A DNA stretch of 64,000 nt from an uncultured Candidatus Rokubacteria bacterium. Lineage in GTDB: Bacteria > Methylomirabilota > Methylomirabilia > Rokubacteriales > CSP1-6. Position numbers and translations under genes: made by a program. This document shows positions 22,623 through 32,532 of the stretch, one piece after another (positions within the stretch are counted from its first letter, which is position 1; every line of letters begins with the position of its first letter). The stretch is from contig CAVWWD010000007.1 of the NCBI GenBank assembly GCA_963758635.1, forward strand, positions 425,743 through 489,742. Reading direction: 5' to 3'. A model generated the notes under the pieces. It ran no database searches and was not told the DNA's origin. It worked only from the letters and a program-made list of their open reading frames with translations.

Positions 22623-22700
22623 TGAGCCGCGCGCATCAGACTCATGCCGAGCGGTGGGACTGTAGAGGCCCGTGGCGGTTACCGCATTCTGCGAGGGTCA
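22623..22700 (+). mobile_element. MITE-like palindromic repeat, copy 2 (intergenic)
   Basis: tgagccgcgcgcatcagactcatgccgagcggtgggactgtagaggcccgtggcggttaccgcattctgcgagggtca. Confidence 0.75.
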
Positions 22701-22771
22701 TGAGCACGGCGGTTGACCGGCGCCCTCGACCGGCGCCGTCCGCGAGAGGCACCGCGACCAGAGGAGACGGG

Positions 22772-23817
22772 ATGCGACACATCGGACTCTTCCTCGAGGA
22801 GCTGCGCACCGGCGCGACCGACGCCGAGTTCTTCCGCGAGCTGATCCAGACCGTCGACCCGCGGAGGAATGCGGCCTGGACGGCGTCTGGCTCGGCGAGA
22901 TCCACTTCCTGCCCAGCCGCTCCGTGCTGTCGTCGCCCCTCGTGACCGCCGCCGCCCTCGTCACCCGGACGCGCCGGATCTGCGTGGGGACGGCCGTGCA
23001 CGTGATCCCGCTGCGCAACCCGCTGGGCGTGGCCGAGGACGTGGCCACGCTCGACCACCTGAGCGGGGGGCGCTTCGAGTTCGGCATCGGCCGCAGCGGC
23101 TCGCCGCGGGCCTACGACCTCCTGGGCATCCCGTACACGGAGAGCCAGGGACGCCTCTTCGAGGCGCTGGAGGTGATGCGCGAGGCCTGGAAGGGCAAGA
23201 CGTTCAGCTTCCACGGCACGTACTTCGACGTGGCCGACGCCACCGTGGCCCCGCGCCCGCTCCAGACGCCGCACCCCCCGGTGCGCATCGCCGCGCTCAA
23301 CCCCGGGTCGTTCGTCCGCGCCGCCGAGCTCGGGCTGCACATCTTCGTGGGGCTCCGCGGCACGGACATCTCGGTGCTGCGCGGGCACATCGAGCGCTAC
23401 CAGGAGACGTGGCGCGCCGCCGGCCATCCCGGCGAGGGCAGCGTCTACCTGCGCATCCCGCTCTACGCCGGTCCGACCGACACCGCCGCCATCGAGGAGT
23501 CGCGCGAGAGCATCGCGTACTACTTCCACCGGCAGTCCGAGATGGCGCGCGCGGGGACGGGCAGCGGCACCCGGACCACGGGCGAGCGCCTGGCCCAGGC
23601 CGACGAGCTCGCCGGGCTCTCGTACGATCACATCCTCCGCGAGCGCGTCGTGGTGGGGAGCGCGGCGACCCTCGTGGCGCGGCTCTCCGAGCTCTCGCGG
23701 GAGCTCCACCTGGACGGCATCATCGTGGAGCCGAACGCGGGCGGGATGATCCCGCTCGGGCCGATGATGGAGAGCCTCCGCATCCTCGCCCGCGAGGTCG
23801 CCCCGCAGCTCCGCTGA
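22772..23817 (+). CDS. LLM-class flavin-dependent oxidoreductase (frameshift near 22860)
   Basis: GVWLGEIHF, AEDVATLDHLSGGRFEFGIGR, PRPLQTPHPP. Confidence 0.9.
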
Positions 23818-23996
23818 CGCCCGCTCCCGGCCGCACCCCACGTAAGACTGACTCGGTAGCCCGGTTCGCCCACGGGCGCCGTCTGCACGCTCCGCGATGC
23901 GCGATGCGCCCCCGGTCGCGTCTCGCGATCCTCTCCGCGCGCTCGGTGGCCGCGCGCCCGTCCATCCGAAGGCGCTCGCGCCGCGGATGTCTCCCG

Positions 23997-24012
23997 TGGC
24001 ACCCCCCTTGCA
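23997..24012 (+). promoter_or_regulatory. Putative sigma54 (-24/-12) promoter
   Basis: TGGCAC-CCCCC-TTGCA, exact consensus spacing, about 90 bp upstream of the ATG at 24100. Confidence 0.6.
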
Positions 24013-24099
24013 CCCCGCGGACGGGCAGACGCGAGGCGGTCGCCGCGATCGATCGAGCGAGCGACCACCGGCGCGCGAACCATCTTCAGGAGGCGCGAG

Positions 24100-24301
24100 A
24101 TGGCGAAGGCCAAGACGACGACGAAGAGCAAGAGCCGGGGACGGATGCGCGCGAAGGCGACGACCGGAGCGCGGCAGGCCGCGGAAGGCGGCGAAGCAGC
24201 CGGCCGTCCGCGCGCGGCGCGGTCAGTCTGGCTCCCCGGCCGCCGAGGGACGGGATGGCGGCCGACCCGGAGCAGCAGCTCCCGGACGAGTGAGCCGATG
24301 A
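24100..24301 (+). CDS. Small Lys/Arg-rich protein (probable indel)
   Basis: AGGAGG RBS, MAKAKTTTKSKSRGRMRAK. An alternate frame ends at TGA 24301, overlapping the topoisomerase ATG. Confidence 0.45.
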
Positions 24302-25450
24302 CGCATCCGCGCGCCGCGATGATCGGGCGGGGCGGCGCGCGGCGGCTCTCCGTCACCCGGCCGGCGCCGCCCGCCGCCGAGGGCGCATCGCTCGCGAGGA
24401 GCGCCGGGCTCCGGTACGTCACGGACGACGCGCCGGGCATCCGCCGTGTCCGGGCCGGCCGCGGCTTCGTGTACCGCGATGCCGCCGGCCGGCGCGTCCG
24501 GGACGCGGTCACGCTGGCGCGGATCCGGTCCCTGGCGATCCCGCCCGCGTGGACCGACGTGTGGATCTGCCCGGGCGAGAGCGGCCATGTGCAGGCGACG
24601 GGGCGGGACGCGCGCGGGCGTAAGCAGCACCGCTACCACCCCCGCTGGCAGGCCGTCAGCGACGAGACGAAGTTCCACCGCATGATCGCGTTCGGGCGCG
24701 CGCTGCCGCGGATCCGCCGGCGCGTGGAGGCCGACCTGTCCGCGCCGCGCGCTGTCCCGGGAGAAGGTCCTCGCCACGATCGTGCGCCTCCTCGAGCGCA
24801 CGCTCATCCGGGTGGGCAATCGCGAGTACGCGCGCGCCAACGGCTCCTTCGGCCTCACCACCCTCCGCGCCCGGCACGTGGACGTGACGGGCGCGGCGGT
24901 GCGCTTCGAGTTCCGCGGCAAGCGCGGCATCGAGCACTGCATCGACCTGCGTGACCGCCGCCTCGCCCGAATCGTTCGCCAGTGCCAGGAGCTGCCCGGC
25001 CACGAGCTCTTCCAGTGGATCGACGCCAGCGGCGCGCGCTCCACCGTGGACTCCGCCGACGTGAACGCGTACCTCCGGGAGCTGACCGGCGAGGACTTCA
25101 CCTCGAAGGACTTCCGGACGTGGGCGGGCACCGTGCTCGCGGCGCGCGCGCTCGGGGGGCTGCCGCCCGCTCCGTCGGAGACGGCGGCGCGGAAGGGCCT
25201 CGTGCGGGCGGTGGACGCCGTGGCCCGCCGGCTCGGCAACACGCGAGCGGTCTGCCGGCGGTCCTACGTGCACCCGGCGATCTTCGACGCCTACCTCGAC
25301 GGCGGACTTCCCGCGTGTCCGCCGGGGCCCGAGCCGATCCGTCCCCGCCTCGGGCTCACGCCGGAGGAGCGGGCGGTGCTGAGGTTCCTCCAGCACCACG
25401 ACCGCGCGGCGCGGGCCGGGCGGAGCCGCCCGGCGGCCTGCGCGAGCTGA
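24298..25450 (+). CDS. Bacterial DNA topoisomerase IB (frameshift near 24750)
   Basis: LAIPPAWTDVWI, GRDARGRKQHRYH, IRVGNREY, SKDFRTW, LGNTRAVCRRSYVHP (catalytic Tyr). Confidence 0.93.
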
Positions 25451-25462
25451 CGGCGCCCAGGG

Positions 25463-26240
25463 TCAGGGCCGGACCGCGGGCGTCTCCATCGGCATCCCGC
25501 GCGCCCGCCACATCAGGTAGAGCTCGAGGTCCACCATCTCCGGCGCGCCGTACGCGTACGGCTCCGCCCGCATTCCCACCAGGCAGTTCCGCAGCCGGCG
25601 CTGGAGCGACCCCAGGGCTTGCCACTCCAGGCGGTAGAGGGGATAGCCGGTCGGGTGCGCCTCGGGCACAACGTTGCCGGCGAGCCGCCGCCCCGCGTAC
25701 TGCGTCGTGGCACTGGGCGCACGAGAGGTTGAGCTGACCCTGCCGGCGCTCGAAGGTCTGCCGGCCCGCGTCGAGGAAGGGCCGGGTCCGCGCATCGACG
25801 GGCGGGTCGATGGGCATCCCGCGTGACTGCCGCGCCACGTAGGCGGCCAGCGCGAGCAGCTCGCGGCTCTCCGGGGCGAGGGCGGGCGCCTGCTGGCGAT
25901 CCAGGCGGCAGGCGTTGATGCGCTGCTCGAGGTTCACCGGCCGCCCGAGCGCGGCGCTCCACGCGGGATGACGGGCGGCGACGCCCTTCATGCTCGTCCG
26001 CGCGTCGCCGTGACAGTCCGCGCACGCGCGCCCCGCCGCTCCCGCCTTCTGCTTCCACAGCGCCTCGCCCTCGAGCACCCAGAGCTGGCCCGGGTTGGCG
26101 GTGTCGTCGTCCTGCATCGCGCGCGTCTCCGGGCTCATGAAGTCGTAGCCCGACCGGCGATCGGAGGGCGGGGCCTGGGCCGCGGCCGCCGCCGTCAGGG
26201 CGAGGGCGGCGCACACAGCGGGAAGGAGGGAGCGGGGCAC
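25463..26240 (-). CDS. soxA: SoxA diheme cytochrome c (frameshift near 25705)
   Basis: CADCH, NLEQRINAC, RQGQLNLSCAQCH, YPLYRLEWQ, RRLRNC, PAVRP. Confidence 0.9.
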
Positions 26241-26241
26241 C

Positions 26242-26562
26242 TCAGCCGACGGTGATGGCGGCCGACTCCGTGGCCGAGAAGCCGTTGTCGCCCGTCCAGT
26301 GGAACTGGATGGTGCCGCTCTCGGTGGCGACGGTGGAGAAGACGATGAACGGGTTGGCGGAGATCGCGGGGTGCAGGTCGGCCCGGAAGATCTCGGCGCC
26401 GTTGTACGTGCAGACGAACTTCCGGATGATGTTGCGCGGGATCGCCTCGCCGATCTGCGTGCGCCGATACCCGGTCTCCATGTCGTGCGAGATCAGCGTC
26501 TTGATCTCGATGACCTCGCCGCGCCGGGCGCGCGCGGGCACGTTGACGAGCACGCGGGCCAT
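26242..26562 (-). CDS. soxZ: SoxZ carrier subunit
   Basis: EIKTLISHDMETGYRR, AISANPF. Confidence 0.9.
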   Translation of the reverse strand: MARVLVNVPARARRGEVIEIKTLISHDMETGYRRTQIGEAIPRNIIRKFVCTYNGAEIFRADLHPAISANPFIVFSTVATESGTIQFHWTGDNGFSATESAAITVG

Positions 26563-26648
26563 CGCTAGATCCTCATCATTCGCGAGTGAAGGCGGATCGT
26601 GAACAGCGCGTCAGTCCGCTGACCCTGGTCATGCATAGGCCGGGCGAA

Positions 26649-26725
26649 TGAGCCCCACGCATCAGACCAATGCCGAGCGGTGGGATTGTAGAGGTCCGTG
26701 GCGGCGACCACATTCTGCGAGGTCA
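26649..26725 (+). mobile_element. MITE-like palindromic repeat, copy 3 (between soxY and soxZ)
   Basis: tgagccccacgcatcagaccaatgccgagcggtgggattgtagaggtccgtggcggcgaccacattctgcgaggtca; abuts the soxY stop codon. Confidence 0.75.
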
Positions 26726-27196
26726 TTAGGGCGCCTCCTCCAGACAGGCCGCGAGCGTGACGACGATGCTCGCGGTGGCCGACCAGACGCTGCCGTCGGC
26801 CAGCTCGCAGAGCGCCACCACCGACTGCGTGTCGGCCAGGCGCACCCGCGTCGACACGCGCGCCCGTCCCGCGCGGGGCCCCAGGTGGAACGACACGACG
26901 TTCGGCTGCGGGTTCTTCTCGGTGAACACGTGGATGGCCTTGACGTGATCCGCCTCCGTCATCGGGCTGTCCACGGAGATGGTGAGGGGCACGGCGTTGC
27001 CGTTCTCGATGAGAGGCGGCAGCTCGAGCTTCACCCGGCCAGGCTGGATCCGCGCCGCGCCCACCGCGTGACGGATGGCCTCCTGCATGGCCGCAGGCGT
27101 GGCGTGAGCATGCTCGACCCGCACGGCGAGCGCGGCGCCGAGGCCGATGGCGGCCCCGCCCGCCGCGCGCAGGAACTCGCGTCGCGAGGAACGCAT
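26726..27196 (-). CDS. soxY: SoxY-related protein with AAC(L/I)E arm
   Basis: Tat SRREFL, ENGNAVP, EKNPQP, STRVRLADTQ. C-terminus is VTLAACLEEAP instead of VTIGGCGG. Confidence 0.88.
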   Translation of the reverse strand: MRSSRREFLRAAGGAAIGLGAALAVRVEHAHATPAAMQEAIRHAVGAARIQPGRVKLELPPLIENGNAVPLTISVDSPMTEADHVKAIHVFTEKNPQPNVVSFHLGPRAGRARVSTRVRLADTQSVVALCELADGSVWSATASIVVTLAACLEEAP

Positions 27197-27201
27197 GCTC
27201 G

Positions 27202-27615
27202 TCAGTCCGTGAGCGTCGTCAGGAAGGCCACCACGTCCTCGATCTGCTCCGCGGTCAGGATCGGCTTGCCGCGCCACGCCGGGGCCACGCGCACCAGGCC
27301 GTCCGTCCTATGATACGCCGGCATGATCGTGGCGGGGTTGACCCGGCCGGAATCGACGATCCGCAGACGCAGCTGCCCCTCGGAGAGCCGGCTCCCCGCG
27401 CCCGCGAGCGGCGGCGCGAGGTCGCCCTGGAGCCGCTCCTCGGGGAACGGGCCGCTGTGGCAGAGGAGGCAGAGCCCGACCTGTCGGCTGGCCACGATGG
27501 CCCGGCCCCGCGCGGGATCCCCGCGCGTGCCGGTGAGGGACTGCGGGATCGTGTCGTCGCCCTGCGCCGCGCCGCCCCAGCACAGCACCAGCGCGAGCGC
27601 GCCGGCGAACCTCAC
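27202..27615 (-). CDS. soxX: SoxX monoheme cytochrome c
   Basis: GDPARGRAIV, CLLCH, GDLAPPL, TIMPAY; GTG start overlaps the upstream stop. Confidence 0.88.
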   Translation of the reverse strand: MRFAGALALVLCWGGAAQGDDTIPQSLTGTRGDPARGRAIVASRQVGLCLLCHSGPFPEERLQGDLAPPLAGAGSRLSEGQLRLRIVDSGRVNPATIMPAYHRTDGLVRVAPAWRGKPILTAEQIEDVVAFLTTLTD

Positions 27616-28884
27616 CCGAACGTCTCGGCGGCGATGGTGCGGAACCACGCCTCGGCCAGCACCGCCTCCACCGCCCGTGTGGCGCGCGGCGCCTCCGACG
27701 GGCTGACGCCGCCCGCGCCCGGCACGTCGGCGAGCTGACCGCCCGCCGGCGTGTAGACCCCGGCGACGGAGATCCCGTAGTCGGGCGCGACCAGGCTGTA
27801 GCACGTGTTGATCAGCTTCGGCACGGACGGCGTCGCGCCGGCGAGGAGCTGGGCCACCGCCGCCGCGCAGACCTTCGCCTGCGAGTTGGCGGCGAAGGCC
27901 GACTTGGGCATGCCGCCGGCGATCGCCGCGTCGCCGATCACGTGGATGCCGGGCTGGAGCTTCGACTCGAACGTGGCCGGGTCGATCGGGCACCAGCCCG
28001 TGCGGTCGGCGACGCCGGCGGCCTCGGCGATCCGCCCGGCCCGCTGGGGCGGGATGACGTTGGCCACCGCCGCGGTGTGCCGGCCGAAGTCGGTGACCAG
28101 CGTGCGCGTGGCCGGATCGACCGACGTCGACGGCGCCGCCCTTGGACAGCGGCACCCACTCGAGGAGGCCCGAGTAGAGGTCGGTCCACGCCGCCTGGAA
28201 CAGGCGCTGCTTCGAGAACGCGTCCTTCGCGTCGAGCACGATCAGCTTGGAGCGCGGCTTCTTCGTCTTCAGGTAGTGGGCGATCAGGCTCGCCCGCTCG
28301 TAGGGGCCGGGCGGGCAGCGGAACGGGTTCGCGGGGGCGGAGATCACCACGAGCCCGCCGTCGGGCATCGCCTCGAGCTGCCGGCGCAGCAGCAGCGTCT
28401 GCTCGCCGGCGCGCCACGCGTGCGGCATGTGGGCGGCCGCCGCCTCGTCGTAGCCGGGCAGCGCGCCCCAGCGGATGTCGATGCCCGGCGAGAGCACCAG
28501 CCGGTCGTACGGCAGGCGCGCGCCGTCGGCCAGCGTGACCGATCGCGCCTGCGGGTCCACCGCGGTGGCCGTGCTCCGCACGATCGTGATGCCGTCGGCG
28601 GCGACGCGCTCGTAGGTGAACTGCTGCGCGCCGATCTCCCGGAGCCCGCCGATGACGGCGTTGCTGAACGGGCACGCGGTGAAGGTGGCGCCGGGCTCGA
28701 CCAGGGTCACCGCGATGCGCGGATCGAGCGCGCGGAGCGCGCGGGCCGCGCCCACGCCGCCGAAGCCGCCGCCCACCACGACCACGCGCGGCGCGGCGCG
28801 CTGCGCGTGCGCGCGCGCCGGCCGGAGCGTGGCGGCGAGGGCGGCCGCCCCCAGCCCGAGGAACGCCCGGCGGCTCGTCCTCAT
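27612..28884 (-). CDS. Flavocytochrome c sulfide dehydrogenase flavoprotein (FccB/SoxF-like), frameshift near 28125
   Basis: Tat SRRAFL, VVVGGGFGG, PFRCPPGPYERAS, MPKSAFAANSQ, NTCYS. Confidence 0.9.
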
Positions 28885-29171
28885 TTCTGGCTCGCGTACC
28901 AGGCCGCGATGGCCTGGACCTCGGCCTCGGTGAAGCCCTTCGCGAGCCGGTCCATGACGGTGGCGATCCGCTGCCCGCCGCGGAACTCCTGCATGGCGCG
29001 GACGATGGCGGCGGCGTCCTGACCGGCGAGGCGGGGAACGGGGGAGGTGACGCGGGTCGAGGTGGGATGACACCCGGTGCACGCGGCGGCGCCGGGCGGG
29101 GGCTCGGCCGCCGCCGTGGCCGCGGCGATCGTGGTGATCGCGATCGCCGCGGCCAGGGACGGAAGGAGCAA
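28881..29171 (-). CDS. Small monoheme cytochrome c (FccA-like partner)
   Basis: Signal peptide, CTGCH, VPRLAGQ, TVMDRLAKG. Confidence 0.88.
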   Translation of the reverse strand: MLLPSLAAAIAITTIAAATAAAEPPPGAAACTGCHPTSTRVTSPVPRLAGQDAAAIVRAMQEFRGGQRIATVMDRLAKGFTEAEVQAIAAWYASQK

Positions 29172-29174
29172 CGG

Positions 29175-31397
29175 CTACACCATCGTGATGCCGTGGTTCT
29201 TGAGCGGGACGCTCCGGATGCGCTTGCCGGTGGCCGCGAAGTAGGCGTTCAGCACGGCCGGCGCGGCCACGCAGATGGTGGGCTCGCCGATGCCGCCCCA
29301 GAACCCGCCGGACGGCATGACGATCGACTCCACCTTCGGCATCTGCTTGATGCGCATCGAGTCGTAGTCGTGGAAGTTGGTCTGCTCGATGCGGCCGTCC
29401 TTGACCGTGCACTCCTCCATGAAGAGCGCGGACAGCCCGTACACGAACGACCCCGCGATCTGCCGCTCGATCTGCGCGGGGTTGACCGCGTGGCCGGGAT
29501 CGGTGGCGGCCACGATGCGCTGCACCTTGATCTTGTTGCCGTCGGTCACCGTGATCTCGGCGCACGCCGCCACGTAGCTGTTGAAAGCCATCATCTGCGC
29601 GAGCCCGCGGTGCACGCCGGGCGCCGCCGGCTTGCCCCAGCCCGCGCGGTCGGCCACCGCGTTGAGCACGGCCAGGTGCTTGGGATGCTTGGCCATCAAC
29701 GTCCGTCGGAACTCCAACGGGTCCTTGCCCGCGGCGTGGGCCAGCTCGTCCATGAAGCACTCGAGGTAGATCGCGTTCTGGTTGATGTTCACGCCACGCC
29801 AGAAGCCGGGCGGGACGTGCGTGTTGCGCATGGCGTGGTCGATCAGGAGGTTCGGCACGGTGTAGCCGATCCCGAATTCGCCGCTCGGATTGAGGCCCTG
29901 GAACACCACCGGGTCGCGGCCCTGCTGCAGGGCCTCGGGGCGCACGGCGGCGAGGATCGACTGACCGGAGATCCGCATGTGCAGGCCGACGAGGTTGCCG
30001 CCGGCGTCGAGGCCGCCCACGAGCTTGCACTGGGTGACGGGGTGATAGCGGCCGTGCAGCATGTCCTCCTCGCGCGACCAGATCAACTTGATCGGGACGC
30101 CCGGCACCTGCTTGGCGATGAGGACGGCCTGGGTCACGTAGTCGTGGAAGGCGCCCCGGCGGCCGAACCCGCCGCCGAGGTGGATCTTGTAGACCTCGCA
30201 CTTGTCGGCGGGGAGACCGGACGCGGCGAGCGTGGCCGCGAACGCCGCCTCGCCGTTCTGCGTCGGCACCCACACCTCGCAGCGCTCCGGCGTATAGCGC
30301 GCGGTGGCGTTCATCGACTCCATGGGCGCGTGGTTCTGGAACGGGTAGGCGTACACCGCCTCGACCTTCTTCGCGGCGCCGGTGATGGCCGTCTTCACAT
30401 CGCCCACCTGGTTGGCCACGAACGCCTGGTCGGCGTCGAGACCCTCCTTGAGCATGGCCGCGATGTCCGCGCTCGACACCTTCGCGTGCTTGCCCTCGTC
30501 CCACGTGACGGGCAGCGCGTCCAGCGCGGTCTTGGCCTGCCACCAGGTGTCGGCCACCACCGCCACCGCCGAGTCGCCCACCTGTAGCACGTGCTTGACG
30601 CCGGGCATGCCCTTCACCTTCGCCGCCTCGAAGCTCTTCACCTTGCCCTCGAACACCGGGCAGTCACGGATGGCGGCGTTCAGCATCCCGGGCAGCTTCA
30701 GGTCCATGCCGTAGACCTGCGAGCCGTCGACCTTGGGCGCGGTATCCAGGCGCTTGACCGGCTTGCCGATGAGCTTCCAGTCCTTCGGATCCTTGAGCGG
30801 CACGTTGGCGGGCGGGCTGAGCCGCGAGGCCGCCTCCGCCACCTTGCCGTACGTGGTCTTGCGGCCGGACGGGCCGTGCGTGATCACGCTGTTCGCGGCC
30901 GTGCACTCGCCGGCGGGGACGCTCCACGCGTTGGCCGCGGCCTGGATCAGCATGACGCGGGCGGTGGCGCCGCCCTGGCGCACGTACTGATGCGACTCGC
31001 GGATGCCGCGGCTGCCACCGGTCGAGAAGTCGCCCCACACTCGCTTGCGCGCCACGCTCTGGCCGGGGGTCGGGTACTCGGTCGTGACCTTCGACCAGTC
31101 GCACTCGAGCTCCTCGACCACCATCTGCGCGAGGCCCGTGAGCGTGCCCTGTCCCATCTCCGAGCGCGCGATCCGGATCACCACGGTGTCGTCGGGGCGG
31201 ATGACCACCCAGTGCGTCACCTCGGGCGGGGCGGCCGCGCCCTGAGCGCCGGCGAGGCGCCCGCCGAGCGGCAGGTTCAGGCCAAGGGCGAGGCCGCCGC
31301 CGGCGGCGGCGGTGCCGATGATGAACGAGCGACGATCGATCTGCCGACCGGGTCGGTCGGCGTTGGGATCATGTGCTTTCCGGGCGTCGGTGATCAT
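29175..31397 (-). CDS. Xanthine dehydrogenase-family molybdopterin subunit (IorB-like)
   Basis: DRRSFII Tat-like leader, RSEMGQG, TGGS, GGGFGRR, WSREED, GGIGEP. Confidence 0.92.
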   Translation of the reverse strand: MITDARKAHDPNADRPGRQIDRRSFIIGTAAAGGGLALGLNLPLGGRLAGAQGAAAPPEVTHWVVIRPDDTVVIRIARSEMGQGTLTGLAQMVVEELECDWSKVTTEYPTPGQSVARKRVWGDFSTGGSRGIRESHQYVRQGGATARVMLIQAAANAWSVPAGECTAANSVITHGPSGRKTTYGKVAEAASRLSPPANVPLKDPKDWKLIGKPVKRLDTAPKVDGSQVYGMDLKLPGMLNAAIRDCPVFEGKVKSFEAAKVKGMPGVKHVLQVGDSAVAVVADTWWQAKTALDALPVTWDEGKHAKVSSADIAAMLKEGLDADQAFVANQVGDVKTAITGAAKKVEAVYAYPFQNHAPMESMNATARYTPERCEVWVPTQNGEAAFAATLAASGLPADKCEVYKIHLGGGFGRRGAFHDYVTQAVLIAKQVPGVPIKLIWSREEDMLHGRYHPVTQCKLVGGLDAGGNLVGLHMRISGQSILAAVRPEALQQGRDPVVFQGLNPSGEFGIGYTVPNLLIDHAMRNTHVPPGFWRGVNINQNAIYLECFMDELAHAAGKDPLEFRRTLMAKHPKHLAVLNAVADRAGWGKPAAPGVHRGLAQMMAFNSYVAACAEITVTDGNKIKVQRIVAATDPGHAVNPAQIERQIAGSFVYGLSALFMEECTVKDGRIEQTNFHDYDSMRIKQMPKVESIVMPSGGFWGGIGEPTICVAAPAVLNAYFAATGKRIRSVPLKNHGITMV

Positions 31398-31408
31398 GAA
31401 CGTCCCCC

Positions 31409-31858
31409 CTATGCCTTGGCCGCGGCGTGGATGGCCTCGCGCACCTGCTGGAACGTGCCGCAGCGGCAGATGTTCGTGATCGTCGCGTCGATGTCGGCGT
31501 CGGTGGGCTTGGGCTTGTCCTTCAGGAGGGCGGCCACGGCCATGATCATGCCCGACTGACAGAAGCCGCACTGGGGCACGTCGCCGTCCACCCAGGCCTT
31601 CTGCACCTTGTGGAGGACGCCCCCGCTGGCCAGGCCCTCGATCGTGGTGACCTTCTTTCCCTCGGCGGCGGCGACGGGCAGGATGCAGGACCGCACGGCC
31701 ACGCCGTCCAGGTGCACCGTGCACGATCCGCACTGCGCGATGCCGCACCCGTACTTGGTGCCGGTGAGGCCGACCTGCTCGCGGATGGCCCACAGGAGCG
31801 GCGTTCCCGGGCTGACGTTGATGTTGACCGATCGGCCGTTGATGGTGAAGCGTGCCAT
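31409..31858 (-). CDS. (2Fe-2S)-binding subunit (IorA-like)
   Basis: [31 protein letters not shown]. Confidence 0.93.
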   Translation of the reverse strand: MARFTINGRSVNINVSPGTPLLWAIREQVGLTGTKYGCGIAQCGSCTVHLDGVAVRSCILPVAAAEGKKVTTIEGLASGGVLHKVQKAWVDGDVPQCGFCQSGMIMAVAALLKDKPKPTDADIDATITNICRCGTFQQVREAIHAAAKA

Positions 31859-32059
31859 GGCGTCCCTCCCCCCGAAGGTGTAAGCGCTCAAGTTATCCGC
31901 CATCGGGCGCGCCGAGGTCAAGAGATCACGACATCAGTCGGGCCCCGGACGCTTGACGCGATGCGGCGGAGCTTCCCGATCTGCCGCCTGCGGAGCATCG
32001 ACCGGGTAAGAGGTGCGCGCCTGCCAGTGGTCGCGACGGAGCGGACGCGCTGGTGCGCG

Positions 32060-32075
32060 TGGCACGCGCATTGCC
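32060..32075 (+). promoter_or_regulatory. Putative sigma54 promoter
   Basis: TGGCAC-GCGCA-TTGCC about 55 bp upstream of the ATG at 32132. Confidence 0.55.
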
Positions 32076-32131
32076 CGGTACCTCCCGTGAGCCGACCGAG
32101 CGGGAATCGCTCGGCCAGGGAGGAGACGGCG

Positions 32132-32455
32132 ATGGTGACCATCGTGACGGAGATCAAGCTCAAGGACGGCGCGGAGCCGAAGTGGGACGAGGTCATGCGC
32201 GAGCGCATGGTGGCCGCCACCGCGCAGCCGGGCTGGGTGGGCGGCCAGCTCCTGCAGCCGGAGGGCGATCCCGGGCGCCGCGTGATCGTCGGCACGTGGC
32301 GGAGCCGCGAGGACTGGGAGCAGTGGCATGCCGATCCGAAGTTCCGCGAGACGCGGGCGCAGCTCGACGATCTCGTGCGGAGCCCGGAGGAGCACTCGTG
32401 GCACGACGTGGTGGTCGAGATCAGGAGCGGCGGAGGCTGGAGCGCCGTCGCCTGA
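32132..32455 (+). CDS. Antibiotic biosynthesis monooxygenase (ABM) family protein
   Basis: GGAGGAG RBS; AQPGWVGGQLLQ...IVGTWRSREDWEQW. Confidence 0.8.
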   Translation: MVTIVTEIKLKDGAEPKWDEVMRERMVAATAQPGWVGGQLLQPEGDPGRRVIVGTWRSREDWEQWHADPKFRETRAQLDDLVRSPEEHSWHDVVVEIRSGGGWSAVA

Positions 32456-32464
32456 CGCGGGCCG

Positions 32465-32532
32465 TCCGCCTCAGCGGCGCGCCTCCTGCCGGACCGAGGC
32501 CGATCCGCCTCAGCGGCGCGCCTCCTGCCGGA
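32465..32532. repeat. 29-bp direct repeat duplicating the 3' end of the DMT gene
   Basis: tccgcctcagcggcgcgcctcctgccgga at 32465-32493 and 32504-32532. Confidence 0.85.

Noticed and set aside
27202..30543. 1113-aa apparent FccB-SoxX fusion ORF
   Set aside because: Artefact of shared frames plus the indel near 28125; FccB and SoxX have their own starts and stops.
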